This document shows, one piece after another, positions 50,918 to 60,142 of a DNA stretch of 64,000 nucleotides (the first letter of the stretch is position 1; each line of letters begins with the position of its first letter). Made by a program: the position numbers and the translations under genes. The DNA lies in the IMG/VR virus record IMGVR_UViG_3300029258_005404; one strand, given 5' to 3'. Origin of the DNA: a virus. Under the pieces are notes generated by a model. The model was not told the DNA's origin, searched no databases, and saw only the letters and a program-made list of their open reading frames with translations.

Positions 50918-51257
50918 TTAGATTAACATTTTACCTATAGCCTCAACTATAGCTATGAATAATATATGGATTATATTATCCATTAATATTAAAGACCACG
51001 GTGAACATACACCGGTAGCAAACTCTTCACTACCTGTCTTTTTCATAAACCACAATATTAATTGTGTACTATCCTGCAAATAATGCTGTAGGCCAATTAA
51101 TACAATCTGCCACCAAGCAAAATCTGTGAAAAAAAACACAGCTGAATATGTTAAAGCATGAACAAATGCTGGAAAAAACTTTTTTTTTCTTATTAAGCGC
51201 CATCCAGTCATTTTGGAGAATATAATCCCCAATTAAATGCGCATAAATCCAGTGCAT
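50918..51257 (-). pseudogene. DUF3307-like membrane protein split by one extra A in an A9 run
   Basis: N-part AHLIGDYILQNDWMA (51257 frame) and C-part VHALTY...HYLQD...DNIIH (50918 frame) join if one A of the run at 51180-51188 is removed. Confidence 0.7.
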
Positions 51258-51258
51258 T

Positions 51259-51534
51259 TTATTCCCTTTCTATAGTCCAGTATGCTTCATCTTTTTTACG
51301 ATTTTTACCTTGCAATCCACCACCCTCTCTGCCAACATATTTCGGTTTAGCAGTCAACAGTTTGGGAACAATATGAGATACAGCGGTGAGAAACAGCCTT
51401 ACCTGTTCTTTCATTGTATTAGCATACAGATTAATCACAATCTTTGCAGGCTTTGAATACCCCATTCTTCTCCGTTTCCGGACAATAAACCTTTGCCCTA
51501 TATTTTGGAGGAACCCTCCGTTCTTTGATTTCAA
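51259..51534 (-). CDS. Hypothetical basic protein
   Basis: 91-aa ORF adjoining the next gene. Confidence 0.5.
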   Translation of the reverse strand: MKSKNGGFLQNIGQRFIVRKRRRMGYSKPAKIVINLYANTMKEQVRLFLTAVSHIVPKLLTAKPKYVGREGGGLQGKNRKKDEAYWTIERE

Positions 51535-51775
51535 TTATTTTACAACCGATATCCGCAAAAAATAAGCAGAAATAAAGCTACATATCCCATAAGTCATTTT
51601 CACTTTCTGTTTTTGGACTCCAATTACTAAACCATCTAGGGTCGCAACTGTCACATGGATATTGATCTTTATCAGTATCTTCATCTCTACATGTAGAACA
51701 ATTTTTTTCTTCATTATTCATATCTAATAGCATCCTGAAATAGTTATGAAAACAAATGAGTGCTCCAATACTATA

Positions 51776-52039
51776 TTATTCATTAAGCTTTACTTCTTGA
51801 GATTTGCGTGCTCTTGTTGGCACAGCATTACACATACTTTCAGGCCACCCAAGTGCTTTTTTAAGTTTGTTTCCACCTATTGCTGCCTGTTCGCAGTCTT
51901 TAACTGATTCCCCGTATGTTACAACATGCGTTCGCCCCTCAATAGCGTCCCACGTAATTAATATTACCTGTGATTGTTTATAATTACGAGAAATTTCTTT
52001 ACACACACTAATAGGAATTCTTTTTATAGACATTAGCAA
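51776..52039 (-). CDS. Hypothetical phage protein
   Basis: 87 aa, GGAG RBS. Confidence 0.65.
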   Translation of the reverse strand: MLMSIKRIPISVCKEISRNYKQSQVILITWDAIEGRTHVVTYGESVKDCEQAAIGGNKLKKALGWPESMCNAVPTRARKSQEVKLNE

Positions 52040-52293
52040 ATCTCCTATAATTTTGATCTTCTCAAGCGTTGGGTATGTTGGGTAAATAAATATATGGATT
52101 AATTAATTCTGCTAAAGTTTAATTGTTTCATAATGGTCTGCAAATAAATGGCCGTCCATTGCTTCGTCTGCAGATTCTTCTGTCTGAAATTTTATAGGAA
52201 TTCCATCTGATTCAGATTCAAGAAATCCAATAACACTATTATCCTTTGGCGATCTGAGTATAACATACCACATAGAAAGTTCCTTTATAATTA

Positions 52294-52635
52294 TTATTCC
52301 TGATTAATTTCTTTTTTAACATTTTTAGACTCTATAAGAAAGCTTAATTTATTCATACATCTATTCAAATAATCCAGAATATCAGTAAGAGCAAAGACTT
52401 TATCTTCTTCTCCGTATCCAAAAAATATACCAACATTTGAAGAATCTGGTTTACACGTCTTTATTCCAGCATCTTCCAGTATCGCTGCTGTCTTCTTTAC
52501 CGAATTGAGGACTTTCTGTTTATATTCTTCATTTGCGGAGTTTTGTAAAGCTTGATTGTCTGATACTTGGATATCTGCAAAACCATTGATATAAACTATG
52601 CAACCGCCAAGTTCATATTTTTCATGTATACTCAT
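52294..52635 (-). CDS. Hypothetical protein
   Basis: 113-aa ORF in a tightly packed operon. Confidence 0.65.
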   Translation of the reverse strand: MSIHEKYELGGCIVYINGFADIQVSDNQALQNSANEEYKQKVLNSVKKTAAILEDAGIKTCKPDSSNVGIFFGYGEEDKVFALTDILDYLNRCMNKLSFLIESKNVKKEINQE

Positions 52636-52636
52636 A

Positions 52637-53107
52637 TTATATCCTATTTACAGGGCTATGTGTTAATTGGGGAATCTGTTTGAAGTTGTTTTTCTTAAGA
52701 TATTCATAATACGTTTCCTGACCATCAAATACATATGGAAGGAAAACTTCACTCGCTTCAACTTGATCCATTTCAATTAATGAAAGTTGAATATCAATCC
52801 AATCAGACATTATTTTCCATGCTGTGCGCTCTGCTTGTTTTCTAAGCCTCTCTTTATCTTCTTTTGTTTTAGGATGTCTTGATCTATTAGCTAAAAAACG
52901 TTTTTCAACTTTGTCAACATTGGCCGGTACTTTATATGTCATTGCTTGTCCATTCGATAAAAGAGCAAAACAAAGACCTGCAGTACAACCATTTGCATCG
53001 AACCATTTTGATATACTCGATGCACCATGTATAGCGAGTTTATGTTCAATATTAGATATAGATTGTCTCGCTGAAACGGTTGAAGTATAATTTTTTAAAT
53101 TAGGCAT
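52637..53107 (-). CDS. Hypothetical phage protein
   Basis: 156-aa ORF overlapping the upstream stop. Confidence 0.7.
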   Translation of the reverse strand: MPNLKNYTSTVSARQSISNIEHKLAIHGASSISKWFDANGCTAGLCFALLSNGQAMTYKVPANVDKVEKRFLANRSRHPKTKEDKERLRKQAERTAWKIMSDWIDIQLSLIEMDQVEASEVFLPYVFDGQETYYEYLKKNNFKQIPQLTHSPVNRI

Positions 53108-53435
53108 CGACTAGCCCGCCTTTAATATGGTTTAAATTTTGGTTTGATTGAACATACATACGGAGATCCTCTGTGTTATTAAAAAACACCCACGATTTCA
53201 TATCAGATATATTAACAACATCAAGCGTTAATGGCAATCCACAAAACCATTCAAAATACTGAATTAAAAAGTCACCATTACCTTCACATGATACTATCAT
53301 ACCTTGGTATTTAAAACAACCATCATCATCAAATGTTAAAAAACACTTCTTTACAAGACTGCTGTGCCTGTCATTAGACATTGCGGCGCCGGCACCCCAC
53401 GCATCTCTTAATTGTTGAATGTTGTATTTTTTCAT
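53100..53435 (-). CDS. Hypothetical protein
   Basis: 111-aa ORF. Confidence 0.65.
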   Translation of the reverse strand: MKKYNIQQLRDAWGAGAAMSNDRHSSLVKKCFLTFDDDGCFKYQGMIVSCEGNGDFLIQYFEWFCGLPLTLDVVNISDMKSWVFFNNTEDLRMYVQSNQNLNHIKGGLVDA

Positions 53436-53475
53436 AACACACCATCTCCCTCAATGAGCTCATATTTGACATGCA

Positions 53476-53805
53476 TTATTGGACCCTCCTCCATCCAGCC
53501 TGAGAATCACGAAACGGTTTTATACGAAGATTAACATCTTTAAGTTTTTCAAAAAGTTGTTTTGCTTTACGCACATGGGCAAAATCGTCATACTTATCTT
53601 CAGGAAATAATAAGCTCCGCAACCTTCTTTGTAAACTTTGAAGCTCATCGGGACCGGCTGCGGGTATGAGCGGTGAAATGAATTTTCTTGCCCTTTCACG
53701 CTCAAATACTGATATCGCTATTGATTCTTCAAGTGAATCATATTTAAATCTCCGACCAACGAATAAAAAGTACGCCCTGGCAGCACCCGTAGCGGTCCCT
53801 AAGAT
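53476..53805 (-). CDS. -1 frame extension (gpGT-like) of the tail assembly chaperone
   Basis: 109 stop-free codons (ILGTATGAARAYFLFVGRRFKYDSLEESIAISVFERER...WRRVQ) with no usable start, entered directly from C-CCA-AAA at 53805-53811. Confidence 0.75.
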   Translation of the reverse strand: MLGTATGAARAYFLFVGRRFKYDSLEESIAISVFERERARKFISPLIPAAGPDELQSLQRRLRSLLFPEDKYDDFAHVRKAKQLFEKLKDVNLRIKPFRDSQAGWRRVQ

Positions 53806-54641
53806 TTTGGGACTACCCCCTTCGTAGTCATAATTTTAAACATTTTTTTATCAAACATGTATTTTTCATTTGATAAAAAGTCAATTAGTGGTGTTGGCAT
53901 TTGTTGTATACGTCTTGCTCTAATTAACAATGCCTCTTTAAGAGCTTTGCTTATATTATCAGCCTTGTCTTTTTCACCTTGTGTTTCAAAATCGCCCCTT
54001 CGTATAATAGCTTTTTTAATAACACTTAAATGCCGTGACCTATCATTGTCGCATAAATCATAACCATTAATACCCTTATATCCCAGGGCAAGAAACATTG
54101 AGTTTCTTAACGTCTGTACTTTATTTTGTGGAAGATCGACCATTCCATCATCGGTTTCAAATTTTTTAATTATTTCAAAAATAGCCTCATCAATCAAACC
54201 AATTTCTTCTGCATTTGTTGAACATATAACGAATTTCTTATCAGGAAAATTCGGTATTGTTACTTCAGTCTCCGCGTACCCATCAAATATCATTTTTTCA
54301 GCAAGTTTTAAATCATCTTCAGTAATTTCGATATCATCAAGATCACTATCTTTGTTATTGAATGATTTATTTATTTGGGCAGCAGTTTTTTCTGCATAAG
54401 TATCAGTAGAAGGTTTTGCGTTTTCTGCTCTACTTTTTATCTCAGCAGCCTGTTCGGCAAATGGATCTTTAAAATCCTCTTTCTGCTTTTCCTGGATAGC
54501 AGCTGTCTCTTGTGTTTTGGCATATCCGGAATTTGATTTAGCACCAAGCTCAACAGGTGCTTTTAAATTTTTCTTGTCGAAAACTCCGCCTCCGGGGTGT
54601 GGTTGCTCACCATCTCTTCTGTTTTGGTTTGTATCACTCAC
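53799..54641 (-). CDS. Putative tail assembly chaperone (gpG-like)
   Basis: 280 aa, acidic disordered N-terminus, GTG start with GGAG RBS, ends on an X-XXY-YYZ slippery site one codon before TAG. Confidence 0.65.
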   Translation of the reverse strand: MSDTNQNRRDGEQPHPGGGVFDKKNLKAPVELGAKSNSGYAKTQETAAIQEKQKEDFKDPFAEQAAEIKSRAENAKPSTDTYAEKTAAQINKSFNNKDSDLDDIEITEDDLKLAEKMIFDGYAETEVTIPNFPDKKFVICSTNAEEIGLIDEAIFEIIKKFETDDGMVDLPQNKVQTLRNSMFLALGYKGINGYDLCDNDRSRHLSVIKKAIIRRGDFETQGEKDKADNISKALKEALLIRARRIQQMPTPLIDFLSNEKYMFDKKMFKIMTTKGVVPKS

Positions 54642-54660
54642 AAAAGCTCCTTTTTTTTAA

Positions 54661-54708
54661 CTATGAGAAATCTCATAGAAAGATAATCTTTTTCATACCT
54701 AATTGCAA
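54661..54708 (-). promoter_or_regulatory. Promoter with adjacent palindromic operator-like site
   Basis: Minus strand TTGCAA-17 nt-TATCTT (54708-54680); CTATGAGA-AA-TCTCATAG at 54661-54678. Confidence 0.45.
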
Positions 54709-54791
54709 TAAAAAAAAATAAATTGTGATTCTCAATAAATATCTGGCATAACTATTTTGATGGTAGTATTTATTTTAAAAGGAGAATACAA

Positions 54792-55193
54792 ATGCTTGAA
54801 TGTTTTATTAAGTTTATGGATAAAAACAGGTTTGTAAAAAACCTTTTGATTGAATGTGGAGCTCTTACTTTCTGTCCAAAGAGCTATCACCTTGTAAGAA
54901 CAACGGATGAACGTTACCTTGAATTCACAGTCGAGCTTGCTCGACAAATTTTCATAGTATGCAGTAAGTTTCAAACAGCCGAAGAACTTGAAAAATATAT
55001 ACGTGAAGTTGCTGGAAAACACGCAATAAGCTGTGATTTCTGCACTGATAAACCGGAACATATTTCTCATAATTTCGACCATGGGCCATTTGAAGCTGCT
55101 AAAATGCAATTTGAAAAGGAGATATCTGATGCTGAAATTAAAGGTGAGCAAAAAGATGCTTCTGGACGGCTGGCTTCTGACGAAAGCCAATGA
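54792..55193 (+). CDS. Hypothetical protein
   Basis: 133 aa, AAGGAG RBS. Confidence 0.65.
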   Translation: MLECFIKFMDKNRFVKNLLIECGALTFCPKSYHLVRTTDERYLEFTVELARQIFIVCSKFQTAEELEKYIREVAGKHAISCDFCTDKPEHISHNFDHGPFEAAKMQFEKEISDAEIKGEQKDASGRLASDESQ

Positions 55194-55845
55194 CAATCCC
55201 AAGCTGATTGAAAAGGGCCTGGGGAAGAAACCGCGTGCTTACTATTATTTTACCTACGGGAATGATCGCGGCTATATTGCATTCTCTGAATACCAAAAGG
55301 GTATTAAGGTAACAGTATCAGTTGCTGGTTCAGACGACTGGCAGGATTGGGTAGAAAACGCCCATGCAGAATTTGATGGAATGGGGCGACATAAAGGTTT
55401 CCGCGAACCAGCAAAGGTCATCTGGGAAGATATAATCGTTCCGCATGTTAAAGCATGGCGCAACGTTAAATCTATTGAGTTTCGCGGCCACTCTCGAGGT
55501 GGTGCGATATGTATTGGGATGATGGAGTTGGCAGCTGACGTCCCGAAAGACTATCCATGGGGGCACAATATAACCGGTATTGTATATGGCGCCCCGATGT
55601 ATGGTGATGAACGCTGGAAGGTCCGTATTGAATCTGTGGCAAAAGGTTTTCTGCGAGTCGAGGCAAAATACGATATTGTACCGGAGGTTCCGCTCAAGAA
55701 ATGGGGATACGTAAAAGAGTGTCCGGTATTCGAAATCAAACAGAACTGGTTATGGCGTGTCCTTCCTATACGCAGCCATTTATGGTACAAAATGCTAATC
55801 AGGGGAATTAAACAGAAGGTGTTTGACAAATTCAATAATCGATGA
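55033..55845 (+). CDS. Lipase class 3-like alpha/beta hydrolase (true start probably downstream)
   Basis: GHSRGG nucleophile elbow, YGAP, DIVPEVP, C-terminal His. Confidence 0.8.
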   Translation: MISALINRNIFLIISTMGHLKLLKCNLKRRYLMLKLKVSKKMLLDGWLLTKANDNPKLIEKGLGKKPRAYYYFTYGNDRGYIAFSEYQKGIKVTVSVAGSDDWQDWVENAHAEFDGMGRHKGFREPAKVIWEDIIVPHVKAWRNVKSIEFRGHSRGGAICIGMMELAADVPKDYPWGHNITGIVYGAPMYGDERWKVRIESVAKGFLRVEAKYDIVPEVPLKKWGYVKECPVFEIKQNWLWRVLPIRSHLWYKMLIRGIKQKVFDKFNNR

Positions 55846-56546
55846 GTTATATATACGTTTATTTACATATGCCAAAAACCGGCGGACAATCTCTTCGCGA
55901 TAATTTCGCAAAAGAGATGGGTCTGAATAACTTCATTTATACTGGTGAAAGTTCTACCCCTGGCGACGGAACCGGTCGTTCGGGTAAGTTGAAAAATACA
56001 CTTAGAATAATAATGGGCCATGGTGTAAATCATCATACTCATGAATGTGTTGGTAATCGTCCTGTTAGACATATTACTTTCCTTCGATCTCCAATTGAAA
56101 GAATGGTGTCACATTATAATTATGATATGTGGCACCATTATATTAACAAAGGAAAAAAGCAAATCAGTCTTGATGACTGGTTTAAAGAGCGTCATTATCC
56201 AAATTATATGGTAAATTATATATATGGTAGATTTATCATGGGTCCGGATATTGATAATGAAAAAAAGAAATTTGATATTGTAATGAAAAAACTTGAGACA
56301 TTCTGGTTTGTCGGTATCTATGAAGCCTTTGATGTTATATCGGTGGCAATGGCAAGGCATTTTCATATACGATATAGGAATTTACATAAAAATAAAACAT
56401 CTGATTATTCAAATAAAGTTGATATATTAAAATTGAATGGTTATATCATCGAACAATATAATCATTTATTTCAATATGATTATGAATTATATGAATATTG
56501 GAAGAATCAATTAAGCTTTTCAATTAAAAGGTTAGGGGAAAAATGA
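55842..56546 (+). CDS. PAPS-dependent sulfotransferase family protein
   Basis: 5'-PSB YLHMPKTGGQSL and 3'-PB FLRSPIERMVSHY. Confidence 0.85.
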   Translation: MSYIYVYLHMPKTGGQSLRDNFAKEMGLNNFIYTGESSTPGDGTGRSGKLKNTLRIIMGHGVNHHTHECVGNRPVRHITFLRSPIERMVSHYNYDMWHHYINKGKKQISLDDWFKERHYPNYMVNYIYGRFIMGPDIDNEKKKFDIVMKKLETFWFVGIYEAFDVISVAMARHFHIRYRNLHKNKTSDYSNKVDILKLNGYIIEQYNHLFQYDYELYEYWKNQLSFSIKRLGEK

Positions 56547-56640
56547 AATCTGCAACATATTTAAAAGTGCTGTTTATACTGTATTTTCTCAATTTATATC
56601 ACTTGTGTTCATAAATCCAATTAGCTGCATCTGATACATT

Positions 56641-56889
56641 TTGGTTATTTTTTCTTTTCTTATTACAAACGCGATACTTTATATAATCTGGATATTAAAA
56701 AGAAGAAAAGAAGCTCGCTGGCAGTTCGAATGGCGATTGTGGGATATATGGCTTCTTTTAAGGCTAAGAAAGCGATGTTATGAGTGTAATGGAACAAAAG
56801 AGAAATGGAAATATAACCAACCAGGCCCGTGTGGCCTGTGTGATGGAACAGGGTATGTTTCGAGAAATATTCGATATAAATTGAAATAG
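56641..56889 (+). CDS. Small membrane protein with CxxC pairs
   Basis: Hydrophobic N-terminus; CYECNG...CGLCDG (DnaJ zinc-finger-like). Confidence 0.45.
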   Translation: MVIFSFLITNAILYIIWILKRRKEARWQFEWRLWDIWLLLRLRKRCYECNGTKEKWKYNQPGPCGLCDGTGYVSRNIRYKLK

Positions 56890-56936
56890 TAGCTATCATG
56901 AAGTAGGTAAAAATTTTATAAAATTAAGGAGGTAAT

Positions 56937-57236
56937 GTGGCATTGGTAGAATGGGTAGAATGCCCAGATCCAGAACCTGGGTCTTCAGCAAATTTTATTA
57001 CATCTTGTTTTTTTGTTAAAAAAAAATCTCCATACTACCCAATAATAGCAATTGATGCTTATAAATCTAAATTACATCCAGGTGCAATCGATATACATAT
57101 AACACAATGTGAGTATTGTAATAATGGCTATGAGTTGGATTGGGGTAGAACATGTGTTGAATATAAAGCATGGATTAAAATAGAAAGTGAAGAAATAAAA
57201 AAAAGAGCAATAGAAAAAATAAAATATATGGAATAA
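56937..57236 (+). CDS. Hypothetical protein
   Basis: 99 aa, AAGGAGG RBS. Confidence 0.65.
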   Translation: MALVEWVECPDPEPGSSANFITSCFFVKKKSPYYPIIAIDAYKSKLHPGAIDIHITQCEYCNNGYELDWGRTCVEYKAWIKIESEEIKKRAIEKIKYME

Positions 57237-57380
57237 AAATTGGAGTTGCTTATGAATTTTAAGATAGCATTAGAATGGGTAGAAGATCAGTTAAATTTTA
57301 AAATAACTGATTGGGATGAACGTAAAGTAAGTGTATCGGTAAACGATGTATAATTAAAATTATAAATAAGGAGAAAATAT

Positions 57381-57608
57381 GTGAAATTTTTTCATTTTGG
57401 TTCTAAAATAAGCAAAAATTATGCATACGAATTGTCGTTTATGCATATATATCGATGTTTTGATGATGGAATTGATTTTATTAATTTTAATGTAGAATTG
57501 AGTATTTTCAAAGCAGATCACAATCCTACATTTTCAATTCTTTTTGTGTTTTTTAATATTGCCATTATTGATTTTACTATACATAATGTTAACCATTTGA
57601 AAGAATGA
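57381..57608 (+). CDS. Hypothetical protein
   Basis: 75 aa, AAGGAG RBS. Confidence 0.6.
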   Translation: MKFFHFGSKISKNYAYELSFMHIYRCFDDGIDFINFNVELSIFKADHNPTFSILFVFFNIAIIDFTIHNVNHLKE

Positions 57609-57687
57609 GGAGATGGAAAGTGTGATGGTAGGCCAGGCTCCAATCAACATTGACTCAAAATGAGCATGGGCAACAGAAGGGGGAATT

Positions 57688-58218
57688 ATGAATGATAATG
57701 AGTTTATAAAAAGTCTTCAGGAAATAAATACACCTGAAGAAATGATCAAATTTATGATACAATCTGTTGGTGATGGTATATTTGGAAACGATCCTTATTA
57801 TGAAAAACTTAAAAATGCTGTAATTAACCGCGCCAGACAGATTTTCGATGGAGTTTCAAATCAGTATCCTGAACCATGGAAAACTATCAATGTCCGTATT
57901 AATAAAAAGACTGGCGAGATTCATTGTGATGGTGATGAGGAAACTGTTCAATGGTTTCAAAAAAAAATACATGCAAATGGAAAAGTACATGATACTTTAC
58001 AAAGTGTTGATGCTCTTGATAATTTATCACTCGTTGCAAAAACTGCAGATGAGTTTGAATTATTGGAATATATTCAAATATTGGTTAAACAATGGGGAGA
58101 AAATCGTAATAATATAGTCAATACTCTTTGCACAGTTTGTGGAAAATCTGGGGGTTTAACTGATTCAGAGTTGATTCATAAAAAGTGTCTTAAAAATATT
58201 AAAACTAAAGGAGAATAA
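57688..58218 (+). CDS. Hypothetical protein
   Basis: 176-aa ORF. Confidence 0.65.
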   Translation: MNDNEFIKSLQEINTPEEMIKFMIQSVGDGIFGNDPYYEKLKNAVINRARQIFDGVSNQYPEPWKTINVRINKKTGEIHCDGDEETVQWFQKKIHANGKVHDTLQSVDALDNLSLVAKTADEFELLEYIQILVKQWGENRNNIVNTLCTVCGKSGGLTDSELIHKKCLKNIKTKGE

Positions 58219-58219
58219 G

Positions 58220-58825
58220 TTGAGTTACCAAGTTCCAGGCGGTTCTGGTATAGGTACTGAAGATATTAAATCAGCTTGCGAGAATTACGGCTATGGTAAT
58301 GTTATGTCAACTGCTTCTATTTTATGGCAAAAAAAACTCGGAAGAAATGCAGGAGGCGCTTATTCTGTTGGGCCGTGTATAGCGTCTCTTGTACCATGCG
58401 GATGTAAAGATGACTTTAGAACAAAATGTAACTGGTGTGCAGGTACGGGCAAATTAACAAAACATGTTAAATCGATTAAAGATTCAATGGAAAATAAAAA
58501 ACATGAACCATTGAAATATGAAATAGAAAAGTTTTTCGTTGTATCAACAGCCCATATATCATCCAGTGATAATGATGGTCTTCAATATGCTGTTAATAAA
58601 AATAATACGATTGAAGATCAATCCCATCCTTGTAATATTGTTGTTTATCAATATGAATTTGGGTGGTTTATATGGATAGATCCTCAAATGACTTTCAATG
58701 ATTATAAAGGGTATTCAAATGCATTCAAGCGTTTAATAACCATGGCAAAGAAACTTAAATGCCAATATCTTAAAATAGATCGGGATGGGCCACAATATAA
58801 TAATCTTGAAACATTCGATTGGTAA
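58220..58825 (+). CDS. Hypothetical two-domain protein
   Basis: 201 aa, AAGGAG RBS; Cys-rich middle and a C-terminal STAHIS...IDRDG domain. Confidence 0.65.
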   Translation: MSYQVPGGSGIGTEDIKSACENYGYGNVMSTASILWQKKLGRNAGGAYSVGPCIASLVPCGCKDDFRTKCNWCAGTGKLTKHVKSIKDSMENKKHEPLKYEIEKFFVVSTAHISSSDNDGLQYAVNKNNTIEDQSHPCNIVVYQYEFGWFIWIDPQMTFNDYKGYSNAFKRLITMAKKLKCQYLKIDRDGPQYNNLETFDW

Positions 58826-58828
58826 AAT

Positions 58829-59176
58829 ATGAGAATGTGGATGGTTCCTCCGCAAATATTATGCAGAAAACACCTTTTTGGAGAACATGGTGAAATTCAT
58901 AAACACCGTCATAATTTTGTTAAAAAATATTCTATAAATGGTCGAATATTTCCAGTCGTTCAAATAGAGCCATCATCAATGTTAATTCGGCATGATGAAT
59001 TGGCAGAAGAGATGTTGCGACGAGGATATAATCATAAATCACCTTATTATATGCCTGATATCTCATACCTTCCTGAAGAAATACGTAATTCCAAAGTTGA
59101 TATTAATAAATCGATTGAAGATCTTATTGATAGGTGTGAAGATTGCAAATTAAGAATAATGAATATAGGGGGATAA
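58829..59176 (+). CDS. denV: Pyrimidine dimer DNA glycosylase (T4 endonuclease V family)
   Basis: MRMW...LCRKHLFGEH.EIH...RHDELAEEMLRRGYNHKSP. Confidence 0.75.
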   Translation: MRMWMVPPQILCRKHLFGEHGEIHKHRHNFVKKYSINGRIFPVVQIEPSSMLIRHDELAEEMLRRGYNHKSPYYMPDISYLPEEIRNSKVDINKSIEDLIDRCEDCKLRIMNIGG

Positions 59177-59236
59177 TGTGAAACCAAAAGATATACCTAC
59201 CATGATACAAATCATGAAGGCTTCCCGGAAAAAAAA

Positions 59237-59551
59237 GTGATTCTGTTACAAGACGGCCTTTCTATACCTCATCTGAGATGTTGGGGTATTCGCCAGCGAG
59301 GCAACACTCTGGCATTTTTTACATGTATTGACAGGGTTCATTCAAACGGTTGGAAAGAACCGGAAGATTGGCGCGTTTCATACAGAAAAATGTTCGGTGC
59401 TATGTGGTGGGATGATAAAATTGAGCGGATGCTCGGCAACCCAGTGATAATTAAATACCGGTATGATACTTTCATGCCGTGGTCTACTCAGCACTTTTTC
59501 TCAGTTCGTGTATATATGCAATATTTTAACGAATTTGAAATAATTGATTAA
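59237..59551 (+). CDS. Hypothetical protein
   Basis: 104-aa ORF. Confidence 0.55.
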   Translation: MILLQDGLSIPHLRCWGIRQRGNTLAFFTCIDRVHSNGWKEPEDWRVSYRKMFGAMWWDDKIERMLGNPVIIKYRYDTFMPWSTQHFFSVRVYMQYFNEFEIID

Positions 59552-59560
59552 GGAGGATAA

Positions 59561-60022
59561 ATGAGTTTATATAATCAGATACTTGGAACACATCCATTTT
59601 TACAACACCTTTTCGCGTTACTTGGCCTTGGTGTAAATGAGGATGATGAATATTATGTCGGAAAGATACGGGATTTATACGTGATCAAGATTGAAGATAT
59701 ATTCAAAATCATTTTGTATACCAGGAATGGCGGACCAAACAGAAAATCTTTTTCTTTGGTTTTCAAGAAATTAAGATCGCATCCGAATTACATCAAAGAT
59801 TATGATTGTAATATCGATAATACATATGCGTATTTTGAATTCTCACCACCAAAAGATTGTTTAGATATCGTTCAGGAAATATATGATATAGCTCCTGAAG
59901 AAAGAGGTACCAAACTCTTTATGCGGGTGTGTGATAATATGAGGAAAGGTAAGAAAGATCCAATAACAAATCGTGCCCTTGAGGTTGGCAAAAAAAATAC
60001 TGAAACCAATTTTAAATGGTGA
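59561..60022 (+). CDS. Hypothetical phage protein
   Basis: 153 aa, AAGGAGG RBS. Confidence 0.7.
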   Translation: MSLYNQILGTHPFLQHLFALLGLGVNEDDEYYVGKIRDLYVIKIEDIFKIILYTRNGGPNRKSFSLVFKKLRSHPNYIKDYDCNIDNTYAYFEFSPPKDCLDIVQEIYDIAPEERGTKLFMRVCDNMRKGKKDPITNRALEVGKKNTETNFKW

Positions 60023-60024
60023 TA

Positions 60025-60137
60025 TTGAAAATAGTGGTATTGTAGAAGTATAATTTCTCAAACATAAAAACGTTATAATTTTGGCTTTTCTGGTATAATA
60101 ATAACAGTAAATAGCTTTAATAATTTATTAAAGGAGG
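60025..60137 (+). promoter_or_regulatory. Promoter cluster and RBS of the Cas12f-like gene
   Basis: TTGAAA-18 nt-TATAAT (60025-60054), TATAAT at 60074, TGG-TATAAT at 60091-60099, AAGGAGG RBS. Confidence 0.55.
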
Positions 60138-60142
60138 GCTAG

